The notes beneath the pieces were generated by a model that did not search any database, had not been told where the DNA came from, and worked only from the letters and a program-made list of their open reading frames with translations. From an uncultured Candidatus Rokubacteria bacterium (lineage in GTDB: Bacteria > Methylomirabilota > Methylomirabilia > Rokubacteriales > DASRDR01), in contig CAWGVS010000006.1 in NCBI GenBank assembly GCA_963826115.1, forward strand, positions 640,001 through 704,000: DNA of 64,000 nt, read 5' to 3'. Of the stretch, positions 62,218 through 64,000 are shown one piece after another. Every line of letters begins with the position of its first letter. Positions within the stretch are counted from its first letter, which is position 1. A program made the position numbers and the translations under genes.

Positions 62218-63222
62218 ATGAGCGGCGAGCGCCTGGGCGTGGGGTTCAGCCGCGGGCTCGCGCCGCGGGAGATCGTGGAGTGCGCCCGGCTGGCCGAGGA
62301 GCTCGGCTACGAGTCGGCTTGGGTGGCCGAGGGGCACTCGGGCGACCAGTTCGCGATCCTCGGCGCGTGCGCGGCGGTGACGCGTCGCATCCGGCTGGGG
62401 ACCGCCATCTCCAGCGTCTTCGTCCGGAGCGCGCCCACGATCGCGATGGCGGCCGCCACCGTCGACCATCTGTCCGCCGGCCGCCTGGTCCTCGGGCTCG
62501 GCACGAGCCATCGCGAGCAGGTGGAGCCGGAGCACGGCGTGCCGTTCGTCGCGCCGACCGCCCGCCTCCGCGACGTGGTCGAGGTCGTCCGGGCGCTCCT
62601 CCGCGACGGCACCGTCACGCACCGCGGGCGCGTCGTCACGATCGATCGCTTCGACCTCTGGTTCACGCCGGCCCGGCGTGAAGCCCCGGTCTACCTGGCC
62701 GGCCTGTTCCCGCCGATGCTGGAGCTGGCGGGCGAGATTGCCGACGGGGTGCTCCTCACGTGGCCCACGCTGGACGCGCCCGCGCGGGCAGCGCGCCACG
62801 TCGCCACCGGCGCCCGCCGAGCGGGGCGGCGTCCCGAGGACGTCGACCTCGCCTCCATCGTCCCGTGTGCCGTGGCGCGGGACCGGCGGGAAGCGCTCGA
62901 CCGGATGCGCGGCTCGGTGGCCTTCTACGCCGGCTTCTTTCCCCGCTACAACCGGCTGCTTGCCGAGAGCGGGTTCGCCGACGCCGCCCGTGCCATCAAG
63001 GCGGCGTGGGACGCGGGCGACCGCGGGCGGGCGACCGCGCTGGTCCCCGACGCGCTGGTCGAGGCGGTGGCGCTGGTGGGGCCGGCCGAGGCCTGCCGCG
63101 CCCGGCTTCTGGAGTACCGCGGAGCCGGCCTCACTCTCCCGATCGTCACGCCCCGGGTGGACGGTCCCAACGCCGTCGCCGAGGCCCTCGGCGTCCTGCG
63201 CGCCCTGGCCCCTGGAGGCTAG
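62218..63222 (+). CDS. LLM-class flavin-dependent oxidoreductase
   Basis: AEELGYESAWVAE, RIRLGTAI, GRLVLGLG, AGEIADG. Confidence 0.9.
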   Translation: MSGERLGVGFSRGLAPREIVECARLAEELGYESAWVAEGHSGDQFAILGACAAVTRRIRLGTAISSVFVRSAPTIAMAAATVDHLSAGRLVLGLGTSHREQVEPEHGVPFVAPTARLRDVVEVVRALLRDGTVTHRGRVVTIDRFDLWFTPARREAPVYLAGLFPPMLELAGEIADGVLLTWPTLDAPARAARHVATGARRAGRRPEDVDLASIVPCAVARDRREALDRMRGSVAFYAGFFPRYNRLLAESGFADAARAIKAAWDAGDRGRATALVPDALVEAVALVGPAEACRARLLEYRGAGLTLPIVTPRVDGPNAVAEALGVLRALAPGG

Positions 63223-63561
63223 CGGCGTCGGACCTGCCGCCGTGGCGGAGTCCGGTGGCGTGGCCCAGACCGATCGCACCGGACGATTCTGCGGCGTGTC
63301 AAACGGTCCGGGTCCGCGCGGCGCGCAGCATCGTCAGAGTGACGACGCTGGCCACCGCCGACAGGACGACCGGCCCGGCCACCCCCGTGTCGACTACGCC
63401 TTCAATGACCCATCCGGGCGCTCGGTGACCATGCGCTGGTCGTCGCGGAGCTGGAGCGCTGTGAGGGCGTCGCTCGCACCGCCCTTCCGCGCCCCCCGCT
63501 CCCCGTTCATAATGGCCCCCGGGTCGGGCACTCCACGCAGGCACGGACAAGGAGGCGGGGC

Positions 63562-64000
63562 ATGAGGCGGATGACGAGGTCTGGGCTCACCATGCTGCTG
63601 GCGGCGGCGGGCCTGGTGTCGATACAGCTCACCGCGACGCCGGCGGCGGCGCAGAAGATGACCGAGCAGGGGACGCCGCGGGCGGAGACGCTGGTCATGG
63701 ACCAGCTCAACGGGCGCGTCGCCAACGCGCGGCTCTTCAACCCCTACGTCCCGGGCGTGGAGATCAACAACGGGCTGAAGCCGCTGTTCCCGCCGCTCTG
63801 GGAGATGGACACGATGAAGGGCGAGCAGTTCCCCGCGGTGGCGGCGGAGCCGCTCAAGGCGCTGAACGCCGACTTCACGCGCTTCCAGATCAAGATCCGG
63901 CCGGGGATCTACTGGAGCGACGGCGTCGAGTTCACCGTCGAGGACGTCGCCTTCACGATCCGGATGCTGGTGACCACGAAGGAGCTGCCGACCAGCGCGT
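63562..64000 (+). CDS. family 5 ABC substrate-binding protein, 3' partial
   Basis: AAGGAGG SD, signal peptide, PRAETL, KIRPGIYWSDGVEFTVEDVAFT. Confidence 0.85.
   Translation, partial: MRRMTRSGLTMLLAAAGLVSIQLTATPAAAQKMTEQGTPRAETLVMDQLNGRVANARLFNPYVPGVEINNGLKPLFPPLWEMDTMKGEQFPAVAAEPLKALNADFTRFQIKIRPGIYWSDGVEFTVEDVAFTIRMLVTTKELPTSA

Overview
A very GC-rich bacterial chromosome segment. Gene content (futalosine-type menaquinone genes, TctCBA, many LLM/SDR/hydrolase genes, a typical ABC substrate-binding family) suggests Candidatus Rokubacteria/Methylomirabilota, which is inference only. 1-36.1 kb is metabolic/housekeeping: hydrolases, SDRs, a decayed vapBC locus, two sigma54-driven amt/glnK units each with a matching enhancer-like palindrome, a GH10 glycoside hydrolase, and a ubiD-mqnP-menG cluster split by unrelated genes. 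tRNA-Gln(CTG) and tRNA-Glu(CTC) lie at 36.2-36.4 kb. The tRNA-Glu 3' end recurs at 46638 and 51265, delimiting two tandem, visibly more AT-rich islands with no integrase in the window. The standout feature is in island 1: unrelated co-oriented genes are separated by at least 7 copies of a 27-bp imperfect palindrome (GTTCCTAGAAn-CAAGT-GATCCAGGAAn). It looks like a tyrosine-recombinase site and is not an attC site or CRISPR repeat, so this is a candidate new gene-cassette system. Island 2 carries a SprT-like protease coupled to a HIT-PLD-SF2 helicase-DUF3427 protein plus a TIR-like remnant (probable defence cargo). Downstream is a cold-shock-like cluster (an RRM protein that can only start at ATC, rpsU, a second RRM protein, a GntR regulator with a shared operator, a fatty-acid desaturase), then a beta-barrel paralog, tctCBA, an LLM oxidoreductase and a partial ABC SBP. 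Several single-base frameshifts may be sequencing errors. All calls come from manual reading; no searches were run.
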